DNA of 64,000 bases from a virus. A model generated the notes under the pieces. It saw only the letters and a list, made by a program, of their open reading frames with translations. It was not told where the DNA came from and did not search any database. The position numbers and the translations under genes are program-made. The stretch covers positions 32,682-96,681 of IMG/VR virus record IMGVR_UViG_3300042691_040495; one strand, given 5' to 3'. How positions within the stretch are numbered: the first letter of the stretch is position 1; every line of letters begins with the position of its first letter. Below, one piece after another: positions 7,114 through 17,046 of this stretch.

Positions 7114-9859
7114 ACTAGCAATAGTCTTATATTTATATTATACAGATTTATGGCCAGAGTTTAAACACTTATTAAGTCGTTTAGATCTGAACTATACTTT
7201 GTATTTAGGATTATGTAAAGATAATGATAATTCCGAAATCTTAAATGATCTTAACTCTTTAAAATGCCAAACTAAAATTAGTTATCATGAAAATTATGGA
7301 GCAGATATAGCTCCTTTTCTATCTCAACTTCATGATATAAAAGAACCTCTTTTCATTAAAATCCATGGTAAAAAAACAAACATAGGGACTCATAACCATG
7401 TGAATTGGAGATCCATTTTATTAAATGATTTGATTGGAGGATCTGATATAGTAGAATCAAATATTTTAGCACTTGAAGATAAATCAGTCGGTATGATATC
7501 CCCAAGACCTCTTTTATGGTCCAACTTAGAGGGATCCAATTCTTCCAAGATACAGCATCTATGTTCGGAACTAAATATAGATTACAATTCAGTGAAAGAT
7601 GGATATTTTGTTGCTGGATCTATGTTTATGTCTAGAACAAAAATTTTTAAAAGTATTTTTACAAAAAATAAAATAATAAAAATATTAGAACTACTTAGTG
7701 CAGAAACCAATAAAGTACAAGATATAGTCAATGGAACATATTCGCATTCTCTTGAAAGAATTTTTGGCTATATTATTAAATTCAAAAATTTTACTATTAA
7801 TTTTTTTAATCATAATTATATTTTAATTAAAAATACCGATACACAAAAAATATTTCATGGAATAAAATTATATACTAATTTTATGTATTTGTTAGAAGAT
7901 ATGAATGTTTATGGAAAAATATTAACAGAAACAGATGATACTAAACTAATTCAATGGTATCACTTGAATAGTCCAATAGATCAATTATATCATTTATCAG
8001 AAGATAACTATTTTATTTCTAATGGTAGTAATTCTAGTCTTCTAGATGATTCTAAAATTAATTTTCGATTTGAAACCCCTAGTAGCATATCGATATCTAT
8101 TCTTTTATTTTATCCAGAAGAGTTGTCTTTAAAATCTATCAATAATATATGTTCTATGTTATTTAATAAATGTCATGAATTAAATATACTAAAAATAATA
8201 CTAAATATTAGAAATAATTCATTAAATTATAATTCAGAAATTATTAAAAATAATATTCTAAATTTACAAGAATACTATGGTAATTTAAATAAATTAGATA
8301 TACAAATTAATTATTTTGAAAATTTTAATTATGGATATGGCCGTGGTCACAATGAAAATTTTAACATAGACTCGGATGCTGAATACTTTTTTGTACTAAA
8401 TGACGATATATTTTTTCCTAATCTTGATTGGATGAATAGATGCTTTAAAGAGTTTCATGAACAACAGGATTTGGCAATTATCGGATCAGAACAGTCTCCT
8501 CAATTTTTAGATAATTTAGCCAATGGAATACTGAGGCCTATAATCGAAACGAATAATCCAGATTATTCTGAGGGATCGATACTTCTGATAAAATCGGATA
8601 TTTTTAAACAGATTAATGGATTTGATACTTCTTTAGAATATTGTTATTATGAAGACGTAGATTTGTGTCTTAGGGTTAAGCAGCTTGGGTATAAGATTAA
8701 AAACATAACTATTAAACATCAGCATTTTAGATCAAGTAGTTCATCCAAACTTCCGATTATAGCAAGAGAATCTATAAGTGAATTAAATAGAGCAAAATTT
8801 TTATCTAAATGGGGTGGATTTATACAAGGGAAAAAAGAAAATTTATATAATAACATATTAATAGATATAGATTTTGATGGATTTGGTGATATTGTTGACT
8901 GTTATTATCCTATTAAACAATTATTATTGAATAATATAAATAATAATATATATATGTATATTCCATCTAATTTATTACATTTATATTTTTCTTTAATCTT
9001 TTTTCATCCAAATATAACATTTATAAAAAAAGAAGAAATTAATAATATAAATTATGATAGTATATATTCAACAAAAAATTTAAACCTATCTCCACCATAT
9101 CATACTATGGATATTATTGCTTCTCAATTTGGAGTGGTTGACTTTGACACTGATCCAACAGCCGTATGCTCTTATTATAAAAATAAATTAAAAAATTCAA
9201 CAATAATAAAACCAGATAAAAAATATATTGTTATCCATTTTGACTCTCAAAGAGAGGGTTTTGAGTCGAGGATGCCCAATCAAGAAATATTGATTTCTAT
9301 AACTCAAAAACTCAGTGAACACTATAAATTTATTATTTTAGGTAAACATTTAAAGATACCAAATATTGAATTTGAAAATCATATATCAATTTTAAAAGAT
9401 AATAATATAATCTATGATTATAGAGATTCAGGATCAATAGAGGATATGTTTATGCTAATTTCGGGATGCTTTATGTTTTTAGGAGTTGACTCGGGGCCGA
9501 GTCATATAGCTCAATTATTAAATATTCCAAGCTATATTATATATGGTCCTATCAATCCTGCAACTAAAATATACAGATATTATAATTCTGGTTGTTATTA
9601 TAATTTAAATCACGAGTCTGGTTCTGGAACCTATCACAGATGCTTAAGACCATCGTATCATTATGATATGAGAAGAGATGAAAACTGCATAAAAGAAATA
9701 GATAGTTCTTTTTTGACGACAGATATTGAAAAATTTATATCAAATAATTTTGTCTTTAATTGGATACCTATTTTTGATTCTCTAAGAAGAAATCAGAGAG
9801 AATCGATACTACTACAAATGCATAACCCATTATATAAAAATAAAATTTTGTTAAATTAA
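7088..9859 (+). CDS. Multidomain glycosyltransferase: RgpF-like + GT2 + GT9-like
   Basis: RgpF-like (KLAIVLYLYYTDLWPEF, ENYGADIAPF, KIHGKK, FVAGSMF, HSLER); GT2 (GYGRGHN, LNDD, YYEDVDLC); GT9 (GFGDIV, GVDSGPSHIA, IYGP). Frame is open from 7076; start is uncertain (ORF track TTG 7199, ATA 7088 proposed). Confidence 0.75.
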   Translation: MTNYNHQNKLAIVLYLYYTDLWPEFKHLLSRLDLNYTLYLGLCKDNDNSEILNDLNSLKCQTKISYHENYGADIAPFLSQLHDIKEPLFIKIHGKKTNIGTHNHVNWRSILLNDLIGGSDIVESNILALEDKSVGMISPRPLLWSNLEGSNSSKIQHLCSELNIDYNSVKDGYFVAGSMFMSRTKIFKSIFTKNKIIKILELLSAETNKVQDIVNGTYSHSLERIFGYIIKFKNFTINFFNHNYILIKNTDTQKIFHGIKLYTNFMYLLEDMNVYGKILTETDDTKLIQWYHLNSPIDQLYHLSEDNYFISNGSNSSLLDDSKINFRFETPSSISISILLFYPEELSLKSINNICSMLFNKCHELNILKIILNIRNNSLNYNSEIIKNNILNLQEYYGNLNKLDIQINYFENFNYGYGRGHNENFNIDSDAEYFFVLNDDIFFPNLDWMNRCFKEFHEQQDLAIIGSEQSPQFLDNLANGILRPIIETNNPDYSEGSILLIKSDIFKQINGFDTSLEYCYYEDVDLCLRVKQLGYKIKNITIKHQHFRSSSSSKLPIIARESISELNRAKFLSKWGGFIQGKKENLYNNILIDIDFDGFGDIVDCYYPIKQLLLNNINNNIYMYIPSNLLHLYFSLIFFHPNITFIKKEEINNINYDSIYSTKNLNLSPPYHTMDIIASQFGVVDFDTDPTAVCSYYKNKLKNSTIIKPDKKYIVIHFDSQREGFESRMPNQEILISITQKLSEHYKFIILGKHLKIPNIEFENHISILKDNNIIYDYRDSGSIEDMFMLISGCFMFLGVDSGPSHIAQLLNIPSYIIYGPINPATKIYRYYNSGCYYNLNHESGSGTYHRCLRPSYHYDMRRDENCIKEIDSSFLTTDIEKFISNNFVFNWIPIFDSLRRNQRESILLQMHNPLYKNKILLN

Positions 9860-9860
9860 T

Positions 9861-10661
9861 ATGATTAAAAATAAAATACATATTATATCATTTATTAAAA
9901 ATGAAAAAGAATTTATAGAAACTTTTATACGATATCATATAAACATTGCTGATAAAATAACTATAATAGATAATGGATCTACGGATAATACATTAGATAT
10001 AATCAATAAATACTTAAATAATAATATCTCTTTGATTATAGATAATAGTAATTTTGATTATAAAGGCGAGATATGCACAAAACATATTAAAAAATCTGAT
10101 GCCGATATAATATTTCCATTAGACTCTGATGAATTTTTACTATATGATAACGGGTCAATAATCAAAGATGATACAAAACTTATCAGAGAATATATTCAAA
10201 ATATACCAATAAATGGATATAAATATAAAATTAATAAAATCTATAACAAAATAGAAAATACTAATAATTATTCCATTGATCAAACGTATAATTCTAATAA
10301 AATTGTTTTTCCTAGATCAGGATTTATTGAAACAGATTGTGGTTTCCATTTTGGTAAAGTCTTATTAGATAAAGATAATATAATTAATAAGATAAACATC
10401 TCGTACCTTCATTTGCATTATTTTTCAAAGAACAGATGGCTTAAAAGCAGTAATCAGAAACTAAAAGCCAGACTACAGGATAAATTCAACGACTTAGATA
10501 GTATTGTAGGTTTAGCCAGCAGCCAAAATAAATCTAATCATATAGCCAAAGAAATGATTTATTACCTTGGTACAAACAACTGGCACAGACTAAAACATGA
10601 TGTGTCCTTTGAAACTCCCTTCTTGACTTCTTTGTTCCAAAGTGATATGATACCTTCATGA
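9861..10661 (+). CDS. GT-A fold (GT2-like) glycosyltransferase
   Basis: IKNEKEFIETFIRYH, IIDNGSTDNT, PLDSDEF (DxD), YLHLHY. Confidence 0.8.
   Translation: MIKNKIHIISFIKNEKEFIETFIRYHINIADKITIIDNGSTDNTLDIINKYLNNNISLIIDNSNFDYKGEICTKHIKKSDADIIFPLDSDEFLLYDNGSIIKDDTKLIREYIQNIPINGYKYKINKIYNKIENTNNYSIDQTYNSNKIVFPRSGFIETDCGFHFGKVLLDKDNIINKINISYLHLHYFSKNRWLKSSNQKLKARLQDKFNDLDSIVGLASSQNKSNHIAKEMIYYLGTNNWHRLKHDVSFETPFLTSLFQSDMIPS
10623..10651 (+). promoter_or_regulatory. Sigma70-type promoter, probably giving a leaderless mRNA
   Basis: TTGACT-17 nt-TATGAT with extended -10 TG; ATG 10658 lies 7 nt after the -10 box with no SD. Confidence 0.6.
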
Positions 10662-11125
10662 GACCATCATGGACTGATTACTTTTTAGGATTGGCAAAAG
10701 TTGTTTCTCAACGAAGCCACGACGCTCAAACTCAGCACGGCTGTGTAATTACGGATAACCATAATAGAATATTGGGTGTTGGTTACAACGGCTTTGCTCG
10801 CGGTCTTGATGATACTAAATTACCAAATATTAGGCCAGAAAAATATCCGTGGATGATTCATGCAGAAAGAAATGCTTTGTCTAATTGTATTGTTAGGCCA
10901 GATAATGGAGTAGCATATGTTACTGGCCAATGCTGCAATGACTGCATAATGGCATTATGGCAAGAAGGCGTAACTAAAGTATTTATGGCCGATGATCACG
11001 GAACAAAATTGTTTGACAGTGAAGCAAAAAATAGATTTGATACTTTTGTAGATATGAGTGGTATAGAAATTTTTTATATTAAGCCAGATCTATCTTGGCT
11101 CAAAGGGTTGTGTGGTGTATTATGA
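10658..11125 (+). CDS. dCMP deaminase
   Basis: SWTDYFLGLA..SQRS, GYNG, HAERNA, CCNDC zinc ligands. Confidence 0.9.
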   Translation: MRPSWTDYFLGLAKVVSQRSHDAQTQHGCVITDNHNRILGVGYNGFARGLDDTKLPNIRPEKYPWMIHAERNALSNCIVRPDNGVAYVTGQCCNDCIMALWQEGVTKVFMADDHGTKLFDSEAKNRFDTFVDMSGIEIFYIKPDLSWLKGLCGVL

Positions 11126-11259
11126 ATGCATTAGTATATTATATATCATGTGGGATATATTTCTACAACAGGTGGTTTAATGGTAGCTCAGAAACTACAG
11201 ATCTTTCTTTTCAAGCCACTGTCTTAATAGGCATAATTGTAATTTTAAATAGGAGATAA
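11122..11259 (+). CDS. Small hydrophobic hypothetical protein (45 aa, not in ORF track)
   Basis: MNALVYYISCGIYFYNRWFNGSSETTDLSFQATVLIGIIVILNRR; ATGA overlap with the deaminase and stop 1 nt before nrdJ. Confidence 0.55.
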   Translation: MNALVYYISCGIYFYNRWFNGSSETTDLSFQATVLIGIIVILNRR

Positions 11260-11260
11260 T

Positions 11261-13450
11261 ATGTCGGCACTTCAAGAACTTCAGAATTATACATTTGTTA
11301 GTAAGTATGCTCGTTGGATAGAAGATAAAAATCGTAGAGAAACTTGGAAAGAAGCTGTTGATCGCGTAAAAAGTATGATGCATATCCAGTATCCGCATAT
11401 TAAAGAAGATATTGATTGGGCATATGATATGATGTATAAGAAGAAAGTTCTAGGTAGCCAAAGAGCGCTTCAATTTGGTGGAGAGCCTATTCTAAAAAGA
11501 CATGCAAAAATATACAATTGCACTAGTTCTTATTGTGATCGTTTACGATTTTTTCAAGAGTGTTTTTGGCTATTACTCTGCGGCAGCGGAACAGGATTTA
11601 GTGTCCAAAAGCACCATGTTGCTAAACTACCAACATTAGAACATGATATTCCTGATAATAATGAAGGTATAAAATATGTAATTGAAGATAGTATCGAAGG
11701 GTGGGCAGACGCTCTTGGTGTTCTTCTCAGTTCATACTTTAGTAAACCAATTGAAGAATTCAAGATGTACAAAAATACTTATGTAGTTTTTGATTATTCA
11801 AATATTAGACCAAAGGGATCCTCATTAGCTAGTGGAGTAGGTAAAGCTCCCGGATTTGAGCCACTACAAAATGGACTAGAAAAAATTAGAATTCTGCTGG
11901 ATCGTTGTATTTCTAATGGCCAGAAAAAACTACGACCAATTGATGCATATGATATTGTGATGCACAGTAGTGATGCTGTTTTAAGTGGCGGAGTTAGACG
12001 CAGTGCTAGTCTCGCCTTGTTCAGTCACGATGATGAGGAAATGGCAAAAGCAAAAACCGGTAACTGGTATATGGACAATCCTCAAAGAGCAAGAAGCAAT
12101 AATTCAGCACTTCTGCTCAAAAATGAAACGACATTTGAAGAATTCCAAGAATTGATGGAGAGCGTTAAAGAATTTGGAGAACCAGGATTTATTTGGAGTG
12201 ATTCAACGGAGATGACTTTTAATCCTTGTGTAGAAGTAGGAATGTGGCCAGTAGATGAAGAAACTGGTAAGAGCGGATGGCAAGGATGCAATCTATCAAC
12301 TATTAATTGTTCATCTATCGAAGATGAAGATGATTTTTATGAAAGATGCAAAGCCGCTGCTATTATTGGTACTCTACAAGCAGGATTTACTAAACTAGAC
12401 TATCTTGGAGAGACTAGCTGTCGAATCTTTGAAAGAGAAGCTCTATTAGGAGTCTCATTAACCGGAACAATGGAAAAACATGATTTGGTACTGTCAGAAA
12501 AAGTACTACGCAATGGTGCAAAAATTGCTGTAGAAACTAACAAAGAAATTTCTAAAAAAATAGGCATTAATCAGGCTGCCAGAGTAACGTGTTTAAAACC
12601 AGAGGGAACAAGTAGTAGTATGCTAGGAACCAGCTCTGGTATCCATCCTCATCATGCCAAAAGATATATTCGTCATGTGCAAGCTAATGTACTAGAAGCT
12701 CCGTATCAGCATTTCAAGAAAGTTAATCCTCAAGCATGTGTTAAATCCTCATGGTCGGCTAATAACACGGATGAGGTTATAAAATTTCCAATTGAGGTAC
12801 CAGATGGTGCAAAATTAAAAAATCAATTGCCCGCTTTAGAAATGTTATCAGTTGTTAAAGATACTCAGAAAAACTGGGTTCAAAGTGGTAAAAATAGATC
12901 TTTATGCACACAAGATTATCTTAGTCATAATGTAAGCAATACTGTAACTGTTAAACCAGATGAGTGGGATGCTGTAACAAAGTATATTTATGACAATAGA
13001 AAATATTTTGCCGGAATCAGCTTGATTCCTCAAAGCGGAGATAAGGACTATCCGCAGGCCCCATTCACAACAGTTTACACCAGTAGAGAAATTGTTAAAG
13101 AATACGGAGACGCTGCTCTATGGTGTTCAGGATTAATTGAATTAGGATTAAATGCTTTCAATAATAATTTATGGGCAGCATGTGATTATGTCAGTTTAAA
13201 TCAAGCTAAAGATAATGATAGTCAAGAAAAGTTATTATTTATTACAAAAATGAAAAATTTTGCTGGAAAATATTTTGATAGTGATATTAGACGTTTAACA
13301 TATTGCATGAAAGATGTTTATAATTGGAAAATCTATTGTGATCTTTACAACAGCTTTAAGAAAGTAGACTACACACAACTTTTAGAGAACGAAGACAATA
13401 CTGCGGGCATAGAAGAAATTAGTTGTGCTGGTGGAGCGTGTTTATTATAG
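11261..13450 (+). CDS. nrdJ: Class II adenosylcobalamin-dependent ribonucleotide reductase
   Basis: YNCT, GGVRRSA, FNPCVEV (thiyl Cys), CNLSTIN, TCLKPEGTSS, C-terminal CAGGAC redox pair; no small-subunit gene nearby. Confidence 0.92.
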   Translation: MSALQELQNYTFVSKYARWIEDKNRRETWKEAVDRVKSMMHIQYPHIKEDIDWAYDMMYKKKVLGSQRALQFGGEPILKRHAKIYNCTSSYCDRLRFFQECFWLLLCGSGTGFSVQKHHVAKLPTLEHDIPDNNEGIKYVIEDSIEGWADALGVLLSSYFSKPIEEFKMYKNTYVVFDYSNIRPKGSSLASGVGKAPGFEPLQNGLEKIRILLDRCISNGQKKLRPIDAYDIVMHSSDAVLSGGVRRSASLALFSHDDEEMAKAKTGNWYMDNPQRARSNNSALLLKNETTFEEFQELMESVKEFGEPGFIWSDSTEMTFNPCVEVGMWPVDEETGKSGWQGCNLSTINCSSIEDEDDFYERCKAAAIIGTLQAGFTKLDYLGETSCRIFEREALLGVSLTGTMEKHDLVLSEKVLRNGAKIAVETNKEISKKIGINQAARVTCLKPEGTSSSMLGTSSGIHPHHAKRYIRHVQANVLEAPYQHFKKVNPQACVKSSWSANNTDEVIKFPIEVPDGAKLKNQLPALEMLSVVKDTQKNWVQSGKNRSLCTQDYLSHNVSNTVTVKPDEWDAVTKYIYDNRKYFAGISLIPQSGDKDYPQAPFTTVYTSREIVKEYGDAALWCSGLIELGLNAFNNNLWAACDYVSLNQAKDNDSQEKLLFITKMKNFAGKYFDSDIRRLTYCMKDVYNWKIYCDLYNSFKKVDYTQLLENEDNTAGIEEISCAGGACLL

Positions 13451-13477
13451 AACAATTTTTTAACTTATGCTTATAAA

Positions 13478-13509
13478 GGTGTATTATTAATGTAGTATTT
13501 TAATACTCC
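13478..13509 (+). promoter_or_regulatory. GGTGTAW motif with inverted repeat
   Basis: GGTGTATTA...TAATACTCC (1 mismatch), 54 nt before the phoH start. Confidence 0.5.
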
Positions 13510-13531
13510 TTATATAAGAAAAGGGCACACA

Positions 13532-14263
13532 TTGAGAAAAACTAATAAAAACTCAAAAAAGAAAATTAAAGTTATTGATGCAACAAATAATTTGGAACCA
13601 AAAGGAGCCGCTTATAGAAATCGATTAAAACCAAGAACCGACAATCAAAAAGAATACATAAGGACGATTGCAGAAAATACTATTACATTTTGTCAAGGTT
13701 TAGCTGGTAGTGGTAAAACACACATTGCTATTGGAATGGCTCTTGAATATCTTTTAGATGAAAAAGTTAAAAAGATTATTATCACAAGACCAATATTAGA
13801 GGCGGGAGAAAAAATGGGATATCTCCCAGGTTCCGCAGAAGAGAAGTTACATCCTTATTTATTACCTATACTAGATGAAATCGGGCATTTTATAAGTTCG
13901 GCCCACTATGCTTCTCTTAGACTGAATAATAAGGTTGAGGTTGTGCCATTAGGACTTATGAGAGGTCGTAATTTTCATAACGCTTTTATTGTTGCGGATG
14001 AGTGTCAAAACGCTTCATATGAACAATTAAAAATGTTAATAACAAGAACCGGGCAGTCTAGTAAAATGGTCTTAACTGGTGATGTTGCTCAGTCTGACTT
14101 AAGCAGACACCTACAAGGTGGTTTTAGTGATATGATATCGGCCCTTAATGGAGTTGAAAGTATAGGATATTCTAAATTAGAAGCCTCAGATATTGTAAGA
14201 AATCCAATTATCTCTAAAATCTTATATAGACTTGATGATTATGAGCAGCAAAGCCGAAAATAG
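13532..14263 (+). CDS. phoH: PhoH family ATPase
   Basis: GLAGSGKT, ITRP, GYLPG, MRGRNF, DECQN, GDVAQSD, VRNP; TTG start. Confidence 0.92.
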   Translation: MRKTNKNSKKKIKVIDATNNLEPKGAAYRNRLKPRTDNQKEYIRTIAENTITFCQGLAGSGKTHIAIGMALEYLLDEKVKKIIITRPILEAGEKMGYLPGSAEEKLHPYLLPILDEIGHFISSAHYASLRLNNKVEVVPLGLMRGRNFHNAFIVADECQNASYEQLKMLITRTGQSSKMVLTGDVAQSDLSRHLQGGFSDMISALNGVESIGYSKLEASDIVRNPIISKILYRLDDYEQQSRK

Positions 14264-14831
14264 TAAATGTTTATTATTGAATGCAGACTATGCCCCTCTG
14301 AGGATAATATCTTGGCAGAGGGCTATAGTTTGGTCTATTAGATATGAAAACAATAATAATTATGGTATTGAAATATTATCATATTATGAGGATAAACATA
14401 TACAAGGTTCTGCTGGAAAACAATATCCAGTTCCAGCAGTAGCCAAAACCTTAAGATATTTTAATCTCTATAATAGAAAGATTAATTTTTCTAGACATAA
14501 TTTATTTATACGAGATAATCATACATGTCAATATTGCGGCATTCAACTATGTTCATCACAACTAACATATGATCATATAATTCCAAAATGCAGATTCAAT
14601 GAGAATAAAAAATTATCAACCAATTGGAATAATATAGTTACTGCATGTAGACCATGTAATCATAAAAAGGGGAATAGAACCCCTAAAGAAGCAGGAATGA
14701 AACTAATAAATTCGCCAATAGAACCTAATTACTCTTTAGAGTACTTGCCCTGGTTTCAAGAAATCTCTACTATAAGGGGTGGACCTTCGTATGAATTGTG
14801 GAAACCCTTTATAAATATACAATATGCATGA
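14241..14831 (+). CDS. HNH endonuclease (McrA-like)
   Basis: LLLNADYAPL, RDNHTCQYCG, TYDHIIP, NIVTACRPCNHKKG. Confidence 0.88.
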   Translation: MSSKAENSKCLLLNADYAPLRIISWQRAIVWSIRYENNNNYGIEILSYYEDKHIQGSAGKQYPVPAVAKTLRYFNLYNRKINFSRHNLFIRDNHTCQYCGIQLCSSQLTYDHIIPKCRFNENKKLSTNWNNIVTACRPCNHKKGNRTPKEAGMKLINSPIEPNYSLEYLPWFQEISTIRGGPSYELWKPFINIQYA

Positions 14832-15231
14832 CTTTATTTTTAACGCTAAACCCTCTGATATACTAGAGATGTTTTATTGTTTGAAAGGCAAAGAAGATTT
14901 TATTGACTCTGATGGAAATCCAAGAGTATCCGACAAGGATTCTGATAGCATAGCGGCTAAATGTATACAAAACAAAAAAGCTAAAAGTTTTCAAGCATCA
15001 TCAAATAACTATAGTTACTATATCAGAACAACACCAAATGCAACATTATTTAATCCAATAGAAAAATTATCTCCAATTAAAGATAAAAGACAATTTGATT
15101 TCATAGATTCTACTTGTAAAGATAAGTGGATGTTTGTTGAAGTTAGTAAAATAACATTTGATAAGTATATAAAATTTTTAGTCACAAAAAATATATCTTG
15201 GCTAAAGGAAGCTAATAGAGATTTAAAATAA
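14824..15231 (+). CDS. Hypothetical protein, paralog of 15919-16296
   Basis: Shares DxFIFN, YCLxGxE, LFNP and YxxFLxTKNxSWL motifs. Confidence 0.7.
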   Translation: MHDFIFNAKPSDILEMFYCLKGKEDFIDSDGNPRVSDKDSDSIAAKCIQNKKAKSFQASSNNYSYYIRTTPNATLFNPIEKLSPIKDKRQFDFIDSTCKDKWMFVEVSKITFDKYIKFLVTKNISWLKEANRDLK

Positions 15232-15232
15232 T

Positions 15233-15577
15233 ATGCCGACATATTCTTATGATTGTGAAGCATGCTCTTGTGAATTTGAATTATTCTTCTATATTAAAGA
15301 TTACCAAGAACATCCAAAATGCCCAAACTGCAAGTCTTTGAAAACATATAGATTATGTGCAAAAGATGCACTAACTCAAAATACATCAGTTAAAAAATCT
15401 GATAGCGAGCTTAAAACGCTAGGAGATTTGGCCAATAGAAACAGAGATAAGATGAGTGAAGATGAAAAAATAGCTCTTCATAATAAACACAACTCATATA
15501 AAGAAGATCCACCAGTTAATGAACTTCCTAAAGGAATGAAAAGACTTAAGAAACAATCAAAAATTAAATGGACATGA
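15233..15577 (+). CDS. FmdB-family zinc-ribbon protein
   Basis: MPTYSYDCEAC...CPNCKS. Confidence 0.8.
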   Translation: MPTYSYDCEACSCEFELFFYIKDYQEHPKCPNCKSLKTYRLCAKDALTQNTSVKKSDSELKTLGDLANRNRDKMSEDEKIALHNKHNSYKEDPPVNELPKGMKRLKKQSKIKWT

Positions 15578-15578
15578 T

Positions 15579-15926
15579 ATGAAAGAAATAACACAAGAAG
15601 AAAAAGATAATATTCTGAATGCTCTAGATAACATTAAAAAACAATTGAGCGGCCATGATTTATCTGACTATATCTCAAAAGATAATGTTAAACTTATAGA
15701 ATGTAAACATGAAATAGTAATCAGTGTTATAGCAAGTGTTTTTGAAGAAAATGAAACTGGAGAAACAATAGGAGCTAAAGAGATAGCGAAGAAAAACTAT
15801 CATATACCAGTTCCATCCAATAAAAACTATCAGGAATATTTAAGTGGATTTTTTAATTTTCTAGAAAACTGTATGACATCGTCTGCACAAAATATGGAAA
15901 CAGAAGGAGAGACTGATAATGGATAA
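15579..15926 (+). CDS. Hypothetical protein
   Basis: 115-aa ORF packed within the operon. Confidence 0.65.
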   Translation: MKEITQEEKDNILNALDNIKKQLSGHDLSDYISKDNVKLIECKHEIVISVIASVFEENETGETIGAKEIAKKNYHIPVPSNKNYQEYLSGFFNFLENCMTSSAQNMETEGETDNG

Positions 15927-16296
15927 TTTCATTTTTAATCCAACTGATCGAGTTGATTTTACAGATACGGGCTATTATTGTCTTATCGGCTCAGAGAATT
16001 ACATAGATGGTGAAGGATATCCTAGACTTGAAAAAGATAGTAAAAAAGTATTAGCAAAAAAAATAATTAAAACAGATTCTCAGCCGCAATATTTTATTAA
16101 GATTTCTAATAATAATAAACTATTTAATCCATTAGGATCTGGTCTAGAGGATAAATCATACAGCATAGTAGATAATGTATGTAGGCCATCCGATAAATTT
16201 AGGGCTGTAAATGAAAAAGTATTTAATATGTATTTAAATTTTCTATCAACTAAAAACACATCATGGTTAACAAGAGCAGAAAGAGAGATAATCTAA
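15919..16296 (+). CDS. Hypothetical protein, paralog of 14824-15231
   Basis: GGAG SD; shared motifs with 14824-15231. Confidence 0.7.
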   Translation: MDNFIFNPTDRVDFTDTGYYCLIGSENYIDGEGYPRLEKDSKKVLAKKIIKTDSQPQYFIKISNNNKLFNPLGSGLEDKSYSIVDNVCRPSDKFRAVNEKVFNMYLNFLSTKNTSWLTRAEREII

Positions 16297-16622
16297 TGGC
16301 TAAACTAAACAAAACACAGAAGTATGCTATACAATGGTTAAATTCTACTGGTTATGCAAGTGAGGCTATTGCTAAAGAATTAAATCTAACAGTGGAACAA
16401 ATAGAGTCAATTATACCAAAAGTAGATACTCCAGTAGCAGATAATAAAGTCCAATCAATATCATCAGCAAAAGATTTAATGATTACACATACGTCTGGTA
16501 AAAAAATCAATTCGGTTGCTATAATGACAAAGGAAGCATCAGAAATTGTTGATACATCCAATAAAAATGCTCCAGTAATTAATATTGATAATAAAAAAGG
16601 AATTTTTAGACCTAAAAAATAA
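16296..16622 (+). CDS. Hypothetical protein with an N-terminal HTH-like motif
   Basis: TAATG overlap start; SEAIAKELNLTVEQIESII. Confidence 0.6.
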   Translation: MAKLNKTQKYAIQWLNSTGYASEAIAKELNLTVEQIESIIPKVDTPVADNKVQSISSAKDLMITHTSGKKINSVAIMTKEASEIVDTSNKNAPVINIDNKKGIFRPKK

Positions 16623-16623
16623 T

Positions 16624-17046
16624 ATGTATCCATCAAGATACTCTAATGGCAAAACCGTCTCTGCTGCTCAATATATTACAGAGCTAATATGTGAGCATAA
16701 GGCCCGTATAGAAAAATTGGATCTTCATTATAGATTTTGGACTAATAAGGAGTGGTCTAAATACTATAGAGATCAGATAGCAACAGCCAATAAGCTTTTA
16801 AAGAAGTATACAGCCAAAGCTATCATCAGAGCATTGAATGACAAAAAAGCAGAAAAAATCTATTCTTTGCGAGCGCCGCATCTAGTTGCTATTATAGACC
16901 ACCATGAGTCTATTTTAGGATCTGAGAACACGGACTTAACGGAGAATATAGACAGATCAGAAAAGAAAACTTTCAGACAAAAAACAAATACAAAACAGGG
17001 CATACTTTCTAGATTAAAGGAATTAGATGATGGCAACAACTCTTAA
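16624..17046 (+). CDS. Hypothetical protein
   Basis: ATG 16624 directly after the previous stop; overlaps recA start. Confidence 0.65.
   Translation: MYPSRYSNGKTVSAAQYITELICEHKARIEKLDLHYRFWTNKEWSKYYRDQIATANKLLKKYTAKAIIRALNDKKAEKIYSLRAPHLVAIIDHHESILGSENTDLTENIDRSEKKTFRQKTNTKQGILSRLKELDDGNNS

Noticed and set aside
11261-14263. nrdJ and phoH as novel auxiliary genes
   Set aside because: Both are common in large aquatic phages; no intein or intron seen in either
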